Source: a virus
Taxonomy: Duplodnaviria; Caudoviricetes
DNA length: 64,000 nucleotides
Virus record (IMG/VR): IMGVR_UViG_3300025401_000648
Strand: one strand, 5' to 3'
This document shows, one piece after another, positions 52,007-61,193 of the stretch (positions within the stretch are counted from its first letter, which is position 1; every line of letters starts with the position of its first letter). The position numbers were made by a program, and so were the translations under genes. A model generated the notes under the pieces. The model ran no database searches, had not been told where the DNA came from, and saw only the letters and a program-made list of their open reading frames with translations.

Positions 52007-53355
52007 GATGCCTTATCGTATACACCATCGTAACTCTTGCCCCACTCGGTGCCGTTCCACATGTATTGTATACCCGTATAAGCATTAGTTATGTATGTTA
52101 CAGTAGTGCTGGCAGCAGAATTGAATATAACACTCCATGATGATCCATTCCACTGTATAATGTCATTGGCATGAGCAACAAATCCTGACCCATCACTGTT
52201 TAACCATGCTGACGGACCTATCACAGGCACAGAGTGTATATCCTCTAAAATTAGATATCTAGTGCCTGCTACTTTGACACTGGGGTTAAATGTATCTGGA
52301 TTAATAACAGCATCCACTGAACCTCTTCCATCAATAATAGTATTTTCAGGTATGGTGGCTGCATCAAAATTTAATATCATCTTTGTTTCATCTGTTGGAC
52401 TTAGAGTCATGAATGCCACAATTTCTAAACCGTTGGGTTTCTTTAATCTTAGTTGACTCAACCCTGCTGTAAATTTTCCTGGATACAAGCCTAATACTGC
52501 GTTCCAAGAAATTGGCGGCTGATTGGCATTTATATCTAAATTAGTAAATGTGTTGGCCTGCAAAGTAGCAACACCATCTAAAACCAGCAAGTTGTAATCA
52601 GTTGGTGTAACGACCACACTGACATCTGGGGTGCCAAATATTTGAGCACCATAACCTGCTTCTAGTCCAGATATCAATCCCTGTGTATCATCAAATACAT
52701 TGGAAATAATTTGTGTAACAATGTTTAGTTGTGTGACATTGGCTGGGGGTGAAATCCATATAGGGCTTTCAAAAACCAATGATGATATATCAATATCTTG
52801 TTCCAGTCCTTGAGGAATTTGTCTGCTGGACCAATTACCTTGATCAGTCAATGTTAACGTGATAAGACTGGTCCAGTCCACATAGTTATCGGTAGTTTGT
52901 AAATTTAAACTAGGATTGAACACCATGGCAATTTGTTCAATTATTTGAAATTTTTGATCAGTATTACTGGTCCAGATATCTGCGGCAAAAGTTACCTTAT
53001 AGGGACTGGGCATGATTCTTTCCACAGTGTAATTATTACCCTGTGTGTTTAGCAAATTCCCATTGGCATCAATAGCACGTTGTTGCAGATTGACTGTACT
53101 GACAAATGTTGGATCCTGTAGTCTAGTGCGATCATACTTCATATCCTTGATGTAGCAGGCAATCAAAGGTGCGCTGGGCACTGTATTTTCACTGTTCTTT
53201 CTCAGTATTTGACCCACTTGTCTACTTAGGTCGCCGTAACGTACTGGTACCTGTGTAATTTTACCTGTGGCATCTTTATAACTGAAATTACTCATCAGTC
53301 GAATAAATTGAGTGATATATCGGCGCAGTTGGCCATCATAAAAATATTGAATAAT
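51988..53355 (-). CDS. gp15: Tail terminator / sheath stabiliser, gp15-like (probable AUU start)
   Basis: The ORF track starts at ATG 53295. The frame stays open upstream through (I)IQYFYDGQLRRYITQFIRL to a TAA at 53368-53370 with no ATG. QVPVRYGD..RQV and ERIMPSPY...IWTSNTDQK.QI.EQI..VFNPS are gp15-type motifs. Confidence 0.7.
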   Translation of the reverse strand: MIQYFYDGQLRRYITQFIRLMSNFSYKDATGKITQVPVRYGDLSRQVGQILRKNSENTVPSAPLIACYIKDMKYDRTRLQDPTFVSTVNLQQRAIDANGNLLNTQGNNYTVERIMPSPYKVTFAADIWTSNTDQKFQIIEQIAMVFNPSLNLQTTDNYVDWTSLITLTLTDQGNWSSRQIPQGLEQDIDISSLVFESPIWISPPANVTQLNIVTQIISNVFDDTQGLISGLEAGYGAQIFGTPDVSVVVTPTDYNLLVLDGVATLQANTFTNLDINANQPPISWNAVLGLYPGKFTAGLSQLRLKKPNGLEIVAFMTLSPTDETKMILNFDAATIPENTIIDGRGSVDAVINPDTFNPSVKVAGTRYLILEDIHSVPVIGPSAWLNSDGSGFVAHANDIIQWNGSSWSVIFNSAASTTVTYITNAYTGIQYMWNGTEWGKSYDGVYDKASWRLIL

Positions 53356-53408
53356 ATTACAACGGCGTTAAGCCGTAGCCTCCTTTAAATTTATAGATAT
53401 ACATATTT

Positions 53409-54626
53409 TTAGAGATCCGCTTTAGGTTTTAATACTTTACTCAATGGTTGACGTTGTGGATATGTTAATCCATCATTCAGTGTTATAGTAGCAGTATTAT
53501 TAATGAATCCAGTTTTTTCTGTTAGTCTAACTTGTTGTCCAGCAAACACTGTACCTGGCGCAACATCACTGCTACTGAAATTATTCATGGTCATTCTAAC
53601 ATCTTTTTGCCATTGTATCCAATGTTTACCATCAAATCTATAAAGTACATTTGGCAAATAGTCTGTTCTTAAAAAGAATTGACCTACCACTGCTCCGCCT
53701 GGAAATTCAATACCAGCGCTAAATGGTGCGCCATCAGGAGGTTGAGTACCACCTCCGTTGGGATAAGAAACATATTCAATCTTGCTGGGACTATGTAGCA
53801 CAATACTGGCATCATAGGCAGGTTGTTCAATACTAGCATCTTGATCCATTGTTGATGCGTCGGCAACGTCTAATAGCCCAGCATCTGTAAGAGGTACGAT
53901 GTACAAAGGGGTAGTGTCAAATCCACTTTGTGGCGCATCCAGTGTTGCTTGGGCGATAATTTGATTATTAATATCAACACTTTGTTGATATGTACTCAGT
54001 AGGTCTCGCAATGTGCTGCCGTCTCCATTACCAGCATCTTGATCAAAGATTTGTTTGTATTCTTGACTATCTACTAGAGGTACACATTTAGCACGTAGTA
54101 AGTGCGGGTACCATGTAGGGCTATATCCAGCCGCTGGACGAGTAACGTCTTGAACAACATAAAATCTTTTTAAGGCCACCAACGATTCGTCTAGTCCATA
54201 CTCGTCTTTTAAGTGAGGTAATTCAATGACATCGCCAGGCATAATTTTTCTAGACAGCGCATCTACAGTGCCGCGTAGGTGAAACATGATAAAAATATTA
54301 TCGTTACTTAAAAACATACCAAACTGACTTAGATTAAAATCCAAATCCTGCATGGTATAGATTCCACGGATAACATAAATGTCAGGAGCATAGTTTCTAT
54401 CTCTATTTTCCATTAAAAGCACATCTTGGATACTTAATTCAGGAATAGGATTAGCACTAGTATCTGGAACTGCCGGGGTAGCAGTCCCCTCTGCTGGATT
54501 TACAGGTCCTAGATATTTGTGAACAAATACATCAGTCCCACCAACTTGGAATTCTTCATTGATAATTCTATCAAGGAATCTAAAATCATTGCCCTTTTCG
54601 GGTTTGTATAAACTTAGACGAGGAAT
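53409..54626 (-). CDS. gp14: Neck / head-closure protein, gp14-like (probable AUU start)
   Basis: (I)PRLSLYKPEKGNDFRF...D.LLMENRDR.Y...G.Y..QD.DF.LSQFG.FL motifs. AGGAG lies 7 nt before ATT at 54626; the ORF track uses TTG 54653. Confidence 0.68.
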   Translation of the reverse strand: MPRLSLYKPEKGNDFRFLDRIINEEFQVGGTDVFVHKYLGPVNPAEGTATPAVPDTSANPIPELSIQDVLLMENRDRNYAPDIYVIRGIYTMQDLDFNLSQFGMFLSNDNIFIMFHLRGTVDALSRKIMPGDVIELPHLKDEYGLDESLVALKRFYVVQDVTRPAAGYSPTWYPHLLRAKCVPLVDSQEYKQIFDQDAGNGDGSTLRDLLSTYQQSVDINNQIIAQATLDAPQSGFDTTPLYIVPLTDAGLLDVADASTMDQDASIEQPAYDASIVLHSPSKIEYVSYPNGGGTQPPDGAPFSAGIEFPGGAVVGQFFLRTDYLPNVLYRFDGKHWIQWQKDVRMTMNNFSSSDVAPGTVFAGQQVRLTEKTGFINNTATITLNDGLTYPQRQPLSKVLKPKADL

Positions 54627-54769
54627 TTTAATTCTCCTTTGACAACCTTGCAATTATCAATATGATGTTTTTCTGTGTAATCGCTGGTTATTCTGCTCTG
54701 TGCGTTGGCAACAATTGCATAATACCAGCGAGTGTACTTGTTGGTCAAAAATGAATTTAGTATTGGCAT
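54614..54769 (-). pseudogene. Truncated HNH homing-endonuclease-like remnant
   Basis: 51-codon ORF MPILNSFLTNKYTRWYYAIVANAQSRITSDYTEKHHI-DNCKVVKGELKFLV. KY..WY..I...A..R...YTEKHHI resembles the N-terminus of phage HNH nucleases, cut off after HHI. Confidence 0.6.
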
Positions 54770-54808
54770 AGTAATGTATTTATGGCTAGCACACGGCTAA
54801 ATATTATC

Positions 54809-55567
54809 ATGAACGAAAATGAAAACGCCCGCCAACAAGTTATAGATTACATTAAGACTTTCCTAGGTGATGGGATGGTTGATGTAGAACTGGATCCCAA
54901 GCACTATAATGTTGCTATAGATCGAGCTCTTGCCAAATATCGTCAGAGAAGCAGTAATGCTCAAGAAGAAAGTTTTGGATTCCTAACGCTACAGGTTAAT
55001 CAGAATGATTACACCATGCCCAAAGAAGTAACAGAAATTCGACAGCTATTTAGACGTAGTATTGGTAGTAGAAGCGGTGGTGGCGATGGCGGCAGTTTGT
55101 TCGAGCCCTTTAACTTGGCCTATTCCAACACCTATCTATTGGCATCAACCAACATGGGCGGCTTGGCTACTTATTACGCATTTGCTAGTTACCAAAAACA
55201 AGTTGGTAAAATGTTTGGTAGTGATATCAATTTTACCTACAATAGGACCAATAAAGTATTGACTATTATGCAACGTCCGCAGTCTGAAGAAGAAGTACTG
55301 GTTTGGATGTACAACTATCGTCCAGATTTTGACATTTTAGCGGATAATTTTGCTGGACAATGGATCAAGGACTTTGCCCTGGCCAGTTCTAAAATTATAT
55401 TAGGCGAGGCTCGTGAAAAATTTGCCACTATTGCCAGTCCACAAGGCGGTATTCAACTAAACGGCACTGCTCTTAAAAATGAAGGCAAAGCTGAATTAGA
55501 AGTTTTAGAGCAAGATCTAATTAACTACAAAGAAGGCGGAACACCGTTGACATGGGTAACCGGCTAA
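54809..55567 (+). CDS. gp13: Neck / head-tail adaptor protein, gp13-like
   Basis: YIK..LGDGMVDVELD..HY..AI..AL..Y, WIKDFALA.SK..LGE.R.KF..I..PQGG..LNG..LK. The ORF track starts at 54782; ATG 54809 follows TAAATA at 54798-54803. Confidence 0.8.
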   Translation: MNENENARQQVIDYIKTFLGDGMVDVELDPKHYNVAIDRALAKYRQRSSNAQEESFGFLTLQVNQNDYTMPKEVTEIRQLFRRSIGSRSGGGDGGSLFEPFNLAYSNTYLLASTNMGGLATYYAFASYQKQVGKMFGSDINFTYNRTNKVLTIMQRPQSEEEVLVWMYNYRPDFDILADNFAGQWIKDFALASSKIILGEAREKFATIASPQGGIQLNGTALKNEGKAELEVLEQDLINYKEGGTPLTWVTG

Positions 55568-55576
55568 TGCTATACT
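55547..55576 (+). promoter_or_regulatory. Sigma70-type promoter, probably giving a leaderless mRNA
   Basis: TTGACA (55547-55552), 18-nt spacer, TGC-TATACT (55568-55576); ATG 6 nt after the -10 box and no RBS. Confidence 0.6.
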
Positions 55577-55582
55577 AGTTCA

Positions 55583-56323
55583 ATGAAACCTATTGAACTA
55601 TTTTACCATGTTTTTATTCCCGCTGATACTAGATACACCATGTGGAATTGGTGGATTGATCAGCAACTACAGCTAATCCAGCAAAGCAAATTACACACCA
55701 TAGCCCGTAAGGTCAGTATGGCGGTGACCATGCCACAGCATTATGGAGAAATTTCTCCTGGTACTGGCATTCCATTTAGATTGAACCGCAATAAATCTTC
55801 AGCGGTGACATTTATTTCAAAACTACGAGAATACGTCAGTGTTCGATATCCGTGGGTTGAAATTATTGACTTTAGAGATACCGGTGAAGTCAATATATTC
55901 GAAGGGCAGACGCTCCATCTACTATGGCTTAAATCTCAAACAGATGATTTTGATGTATTATACCTACATACCAAGGGTGTGGTCAGTGCTACTCCACAAG
56001 TGGCCTGCTGGCGAGAAATATTAAATCACTACTGTGTAACTGAGTGGCCCACTTGTATCAAAATGTTAGAAAATTGTGATCTTGTGGGAATTAAGGATCT
56101 GCGCTCTGATGAAAATAATACAGTTAGCGGTAATTTTTGGTGGTCCAAGGCAAGTCATATACGCACACTACCAGATCCACTAGCAGGTAACGATTCTGGC
56201 AGATATTATTACGAACACTGGATCAAATTAACAGATCCGTCAACACAGTTCATTGTAGATACTGAAACCGATCATCACGATGATTATTGTTTCCTGGAAA
56301 ATTTACTGAAAAAAAATCCTTGA
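55583..56323 (+). CDS. Hypothetical protein, glycosyltransferase-like
   Basis: VLYLHTKGV...WRE.L.HY...GNFWWSKASHI..LPDP pattern, which I recall from GT-like proteins of phages and giant viruses. Function not established. Confidence 0.5.
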   Translation: MKPIELFYHVFIPADTRYTMWNWWIDQQLQLIQQSKLHTIARKVSMAVTMPQHYGEISPGTGIPFRLNRNKSSAVTFISKLREYVSVRYPWVEIIDFRDTGEVNIFEGQTLHLLWLKSQTDDFDVLYLHTKGVVSATPQVACWREILNHYCVTEWPTCIKMLENCDLVGIKDLRSDENNTVSGNFWWSKASHIRTLPDPLAGNDSGRYYYEHWIKLTDPSTQFIVDTETDHHDDYCFLENLLKKNP

Positions 56324-56373
56324 CTGGTTTAACATTTCTGTAATAAAATAAATTATTAACTGGGGGATACTAT

Positions 56374-57081
56374 ATGATCATTGGTGTGTGTGGTTTTATT
56401 GGGTCAGGTAAAGATACTATTGCTGACTATTTGACAAATTTTCATGGTTTTCGAAGAGAAAGTTTTGCCGGTAGTTTAAAGGACGCAGTAGCACAAGTGT
56501 TTGGTTGGGATCGAACTATGTTAGAAGGTCGAACTAATTCTGCCCGTGAATGGCGAGAACAAGTGGACACTTGGTGGGCTGAACGGTTAGACATGCCACA
56601 CCTAACCCCACGTTGGGTATTACAATATTGGGGCACAGAAGTTTGTCGCAATGGTTTTCATGATGATATTTGGATTTCTGCTCTGGAAAACAAACTACGC
56701 AACAGTAAGGACGATGTTGTTATCAGTGATTGTCGATTCCCTAACGAAATTAAATCAATCCGTGATGCGGGCGGTATTGTTATTCGGGTAAAGCGTGGCC
56801 CAGAGCCTGACTGGTATCGAGATGCCGCAGACATGAATGCCGGAGATCACTGTATAAATTGGGCACTTGCTTCAAATCGAATGAGACAGTTGGGCATACA
56901 TGCGTCAGAGACTGCTTGGGTAGGTACCAAATTTGATCATGTTTTAGAAAATGACAGCAGTATAGACAATTTATATGCTCAGGTTAGATCATTGATTAAA
57001 AGTCCGGAGTTAGAGCCCCTTGACGCCAGCGAACGCCCTCTTTATGTAGGACTCGTTGACAATTGGCACACACCGTCTTAA
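56374..57081 (+). CDS. gp1: Deoxynucleoside monophosphate kinase
   Basis: IIGVCGFIGSGKDTIADYL, SFA..LKD, R..LQ.WGTEV.R, ISDCRFPNE motifs of T4 gp1-type kinases. Confidence 0.9.
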   Translation: MIIGVCGFIGSGKDTIADYLTNFHGFRRESFAGSLKDAVAQVFGWDRTMLEGRTNSAREWREQVDTWWAERLDMPHLTPRWVLQYWGTEVCRNGFHDDIWISALENKLRNSKDDVVISDCRFPNEIKSIRDAGGIVIRVKRGPEPDWYRDAADMNAGDHCINWALASNRMRQLGIHASETAWVGTKFDHVLENDSSIDNLYAQVRSLIKSPELEPLDASERPLYVGLVDNWHTPS

Positions 57082-57331
57082 GATTCAAGACGCTGTTGTT
57101 CATTAAATTTCCATCAATATGGAACACATCAAACTGTTCCATATGTTTGCTACTGAATCCACATTTATCACAGGCATTCTTCTTTTTATAGCCTGCTAGA
57201 GCCCATAACGGGTTTCCTTGTTCACGGCTTCGGCTACAGTGATCACACTTAGACCTATAATAAGGTCTTCCTTCTTTATAGTAGTTGACTGCTACTGGTC
57301 TTTGTCGACATATCTTACATAAATTTCTCAT
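56996..57331 (-). CDS. Small zinc-finger HNH-like protein
   Basis: CxxC pairs plus DVFHIDGNLMNNSVLNLKTVCANC; minus-strand TAAATA at 57362-57367. Confidence 0.7.
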   Translation of the reverse strand: MRNLCKICRQRPVAVNYYKEGRPYYRSKCDHCSRSREQGNPLWALAGYKKKNACDKCGFSSKHMEQFDVFHIDGNLMNNSVLNLKTVCANCQRVLHKEGVRWRQGALTPDF

Positions 57332-57431
57332 ACCCGCCCTTTTCGTGCCCTTTTGTCATGGTATTTACCCTGGTTTTTTTCTAATATACAGCTAAATAAA
57401 ACAAAGTAATCCAATTAAGGAGATTTAAAAC

Positions 57432-60400
57432 ATGGCTACAGTATTAGGTTCCCCAGGCGTAAGCGTAACGGTAGTAGACGAGAGTTTCTACACACCGGCA
57501 GCCCCTGGCAGCACTCCAGTTATTTTCGTTGCTACCGCGGCGAACAAACAAAACGCCAGCGCAACAGGCACAGCACAGGGTACTTTAAGTTCCAATGCTG
57601 GTAACGTGTATGTGCTATCAAGTCAACGCAACTTAACCGATACATTTGGTACACCGCGTTTTTACACAGATGCGTCAAGCAATCCTATTAACGGCGACGA
57701 ATTAAACGAATATGGATTACAAGCGGCATACAGCTTATTAGGTATTAGTTCAAAAGCCTATGTTGTTCGTGCTGATATTGACCTAGGACAACTTGTTCCT
57801 ACAACTACTGCTCCAGAAGGTACGCCAGTAGCAGGCACTTACTGGGTGAATCCAGTAACTAGCTCATTTGGTATTAACCAATGGAGTAGTTCAACACAGA
57901 GTTTTAGTGTAATAACTCCATTAATCATTGACAATGATAATTTTGACGCAACTACTACAGTAGCAGGTCTTCCAGCTGATAGTTTTGGCAAACCAGGCGA
58001 CTATGCTATGATTGTTACATCAGACAACGGCGCAACAATGACTCCTGATGCTTTATATTACAAGACATCAGCAAACAGCAATGCTTGGGTAGAAGTAGAA
58101 TATGGTTTTGATGGTGGAAAACAATTAGTAATTGGACCACACACAAGTTACCCAGATTTTACCACATCAACTGGATCAAGCGCAGATACTGGTAGTGTAT
58201 GGATTAAAACAACTACTCCTGGTATGGGCGCAAATTGGGTGGTAAAATATTACAATGGTGCTACATCTAGTTGGACTAGTGTAACAGCCCCATTATACAA
58301 CAGCAACCTACAAGCTCTATATAATTATGATTTTGCCGGTGGCGGATCAAACATCGCTGTAGGTACAACCTATGTTGAAACTGATCCTGATCATTATGGA
58401 ATAACAACTGCTACAACAGCGGTTGCTGAATTCAAAGTTAAGAGATACACAAGTAATGGTCCAACTTCTATTGTTAGTCCAGCAACTACCTTCAAGAGCA
58501 CATTAACTAACAAAACTTTTGTTATCAGAGAAACATTACAAGGTTCAGCACAGTGGGCCAATACAGCAACTATCACTGTTCCGTCAGATTTTGTAAACAC
58601 ATTGGCGGCTAACATTGCTACAGCAATTAACGTATCTGGTATGACTAATGTCAGTGCTAGTTACAATACACTTACAAACAAATTAACTATTACCCACGCA
58701 TTGGGTGGTGATTTTGAATTGTATGACTACGCAGGTACTCCGTTGGCCGATGTTGGATTTAGTGCTTACAGCTACGATTCAGCAACAATGACAGCTACTG
58801 GAACTCCTAATTTGTACACAGCTCCTATGGCTGATTTAACCACAGTATCAGGAAATCCTCCTTATACATTTATTGCCAGTAACTGGGCTCCATTGGTTTA
58901 CGAAGCATCCGCTGTAGCACCAAGTACTGCTCCAGCAGATGGTACACTATGGTTTGACAGCAGTATCAGTTCAGTTGATATTCTATACAACAACGGCAGT
59001 GCTTGGGTTGGTTATTTAAACGCTTTCCCAAGTACAGATCCAAACGGTCCAATTGTGTCAGCACTAGCTCCAACAACACAGAGCAATGGTAACGCATTGG
59101 TAACTGGTGATATTTGGATCAGTACAGCAGTCATTGACAATTATGGTCAAGTAATTTATGTTTACAACAGCGTAACTGGTGGCTGGGTATTACAAGATAC
59201 CACCGACCATCATACCCCAAATGGTTGGGTTTACGCAGATGCTCGCTGGACATCAGGAGTTGATACTAATTATCAACCAGCTACAATTTCAGCACTATTA
59301 AACAGCAACTATGTTGATAGCGACTGTGTAAGTCCATTACTATATCCAAAGGGTACACGTTTGTATAACCTACGTTGGAGTGGTAACAATGTTAAGAAAT
59401 ACATGATGAACTATATCACCGGAGTTGAAGGTGATGTGGGTGATCGTTGGGTTTCTGTTAGCCCTAATAATGCGCTTGGTCAAGGCCAATTTGGTCGTTT
59501 AGCACAACGCAGTATTATTGTTGAATCACTAAAAGCAACAATTGATACAAACACAGCAATCCGTGATACTGAAACATTGACATTTAACTTGATTGCCTGC
59601 CCAGGATATCCTGAAGTAGTACAAAACCTAGTTAACTATAATACAGATGTTGGTAACACAGCATTTGTCATTGGTGATACACCATTCCGTTTACCGGCAG
59701 ATTCTAACTCATTGAATAACTGGGGTAGCAACGCTGCACTTGCCGCAGATAACGGTGATCAAGGTGCGGTAACATATGATGACTATTTGGCATTCTTCTA
59801 TCCAAGTGGGTTGACCAATGACAATACTGGTAACAAAATTGTTGTTCCGCCAAGTCACATGATGTTAAGCACAATCGTTAACAGTGATGCCGTAAGCTAT
59901 GAGTGGTTTGCTCCAGCTGGTTTAAATCGCGGTGGAATTATCAATGCTACTTCAGTAGGCTACATTGATAGTACTACAGGCGAATTCCAAACAGTAAGCC
60001 TATATGAAAGCCTACGTGATATAATGGCCAGTGTTAAAGTTAATCCAATCGCAACACTAAAAGGTGCTGGCATTGTTAACATGGGTCAATACACACGTTC
60101 AAAGGTTTCTAGCGCATTAGATCGTATCAACGTAGCTCGCTTAGTAGGTTACCTACGTAGACAGTTAAGCATATTATCTAAACCATATTTGTTTGAGCCA
60201 AATGACAATCAAACACGTGGTGAAGTTAAAAATGCTGTTGAAAGTTTGCTATTAGAATTGGTTGGTCAACGTGCTTTGAATGACTTCATTGTAGTATGTG
60301 ATACAAGTAACAACACACCTGCTACTATTGATAGAAATGAATTGCATGTAGACATTGCTATTGAACCAGTTAAAGCAGTTGAATTCATTTACATACCGCT

Positions 60401-60473
60401 ACGTATCCTTAACACTGGTGCGATTGCGGCTGGTAACCTTGGGGCAGGATTTCCTGGCTCTGGAAGCAAATAA
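57432..60473 (+). CDS. gp18: Tail sheath protein
   Basis: SPGVSVTVVDESFY N-terminus; WFAPAGLNRG, VNPI, SALDRINVARL..YL, LFEPND..TR, F.V.CD.SNNTP..ID.NEL..DI.IEP.KA.EFIYIP. TAAATA at 57393-57398. Confidence 0.94.
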   Translation: MATVLGSPGVSVTVVDESFYTPAAPGSTPVIFVATAANKQNASATGTAQGTLSSNAGNVYVLSSQRNLTDTFGTPRFYTDASSNPINGDELNEYGLQAAYSLLGISSKAYVVRADIDLGQLVPTTTAPEGTPVAGTYWVNPVTSSFGINQWSSSTQSFSVITPLIIDNDNFDATTTVAGLPADSFGKPGDYAMIVTSDNGATMTPDALYYKTSANSNAWVEVEYGFDGGKQLVIGPHTSYPDFTTSTGSSADTGSVWIKTTTPGMGANWVVKYYNGATSSWTSVTAPLYNSNLQALYNYDFAGGGSNIAVGTTYVETDPDHYGITTATTAVAEFKVKRYTSNGPTSIVSPATTFKSTLTNKTFVIRETLQGSAQWANTATITVPSDFVNTLAANIATAINVSGMTNVSASYNTLTNKLTITHALGGDFELYDYAGTPLADVGFSAYSYDSATMTATGTPNLYTAPMADLTTVSGNPPYTFIASNWAPLVYEASAVAPSTAPADGTLWFDSSISSVDILYNNGSAWVGYLNAFPSTDPNGPIVSALAPTTQSNGNALVTGDIWISTAVIDNYGQVIYVYNSVTGGWVLQDTTDHHTPNGWVYADARWTSGVDTNYQPATISALLNSNYVDSDCVSPLLYPKGTRLYNLRWSGNNVKKYMMNYITGVEGDVGDRWVSVSPNNALGQGQFGRLAQRSIIVESLKATIDTNTAIRDTETLTFNLIACPGYPEVVQNLVNYNTDVGNTAFVIGDTPFRLPADSNSLNNWGSNAALAADNGDQGAVTYDDYLAFFYPSGLTNDNTGNKIVVPPSHMMLSTIVNSDAVSYEWFAPAGLNRGGIINATSVGYIDSTTGEFQTVSLYESLRDIMASVKVNPIATLKGAGIVNMGQYTRSKVSSALDRINVARLVGYLRRQLSILSKPYLFEPNDNQTRGEVKNAVESLLLELVGQRALNDFIVVCDTSNNTPATIDRNELHVDIAIEPVKAVEFIYIPLRILNTGAIAAGNLGAGFPGSGSK

Positions 60474-60495
60474 TTAAGAATAAGGAGCATTTAAC

Positions 60496-61128
60496 ATGCC
60501 AGTTTCAAGTTTAAGTAATTTTTCAGTACCGTTAGCAAACAACGCGGGATCAAGTTCCCAAGGTTTGTTGATGCCAAAACTAAGGTATCGTTTTCGCGTT
60601 ACTTTAAATGGCTTTGGCGTGGCTGGTAATCCTACAACAGAATTAACCAAACAAGTCATGAACGTGACTCGTCCAGAAGTTAGTTTTGAAGAAATTAAAG
60701 TGGCTGTTTATAACAGCACAGTAAAATTAGCAGGACGTCATAGTTTTGCTGATATTAAACTAAATGTTCGTGATGATGTTACTAATGCTGTTAGTAAAAA
60801 AGTTGCTGAACAAATGCAAAAACAATTTGATTTCTTTGAACAAGCCAGTGCAGCTTCAGGTATTGACTACAAGTTTGCCACACTAATTGAAATATTAGAT
60901 GGTGGTAACGGTAGCTTTACTCCAAATGTATTGGAAACATTCCAATTGGACGGATGCTGGATTAAAACTGTTACATACCAAGGTGGGGATTACACAAACA
61001 ATGATCCATTAGATATTGCTATGACAATTTGTTACGATAATGCTACACAAGTTGATGGAGCAGGAAACGTAACTGGTCTAGGCGTAAATATTGGACGTAC
61101 AGCACGTACTCTAGCCATAGGTGGTTAA
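60496..61128 (+). CDS. gp19: Tail tube protein
   Basis: After the sheath; PKLRYRFRV.L, V...RP.VSFEEI...YNS.V..AG, E.FQL.GCWI. Confidence 0.87.
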   Translation: MPVSSLSNFSVPLANNAGSSSQGLLMPKLRYRFRVTLNGFGVAGNPTTELTKQVMNVTRPEVSFEEIKVAVYNSTVKLAGRHSFADIKLNVRDDVTNAVSKKVAEQMQKQFDFFEQASAASGIDYKFATLIEILDGGNGSFTPNVLETFQLDGCWIKTVTYQGGDYTNNDPLDIAMTICYDNATQVDGAGNVTGLGVNIGRTARTLAIGG

Positions 61129-61145
61129 TTTTAACTAAAGCAGGC

Positions 61146-61176
61146 AAAGCCAGGAGTAAAAATCCTGGCTTTTTTT
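61146..61176 (+). terminator. Rho-independent terminator after the tail tube gene
   Basis: AAAGCCAGGA-GTAAAAA-TCCTGGCTTTTTTT. Confidence 0.85.
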
Positions 61177-61193
61177 ATTGACTAAATAATTTT

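Noticed and set aside
57332-57361. Short direct repeat GCCCTTTT x2 upstream of the HNH-like gene
   Set aside because: Only two 8-nt copies; more simply part of the leader/RBS region, with no support for an iteron or att site.
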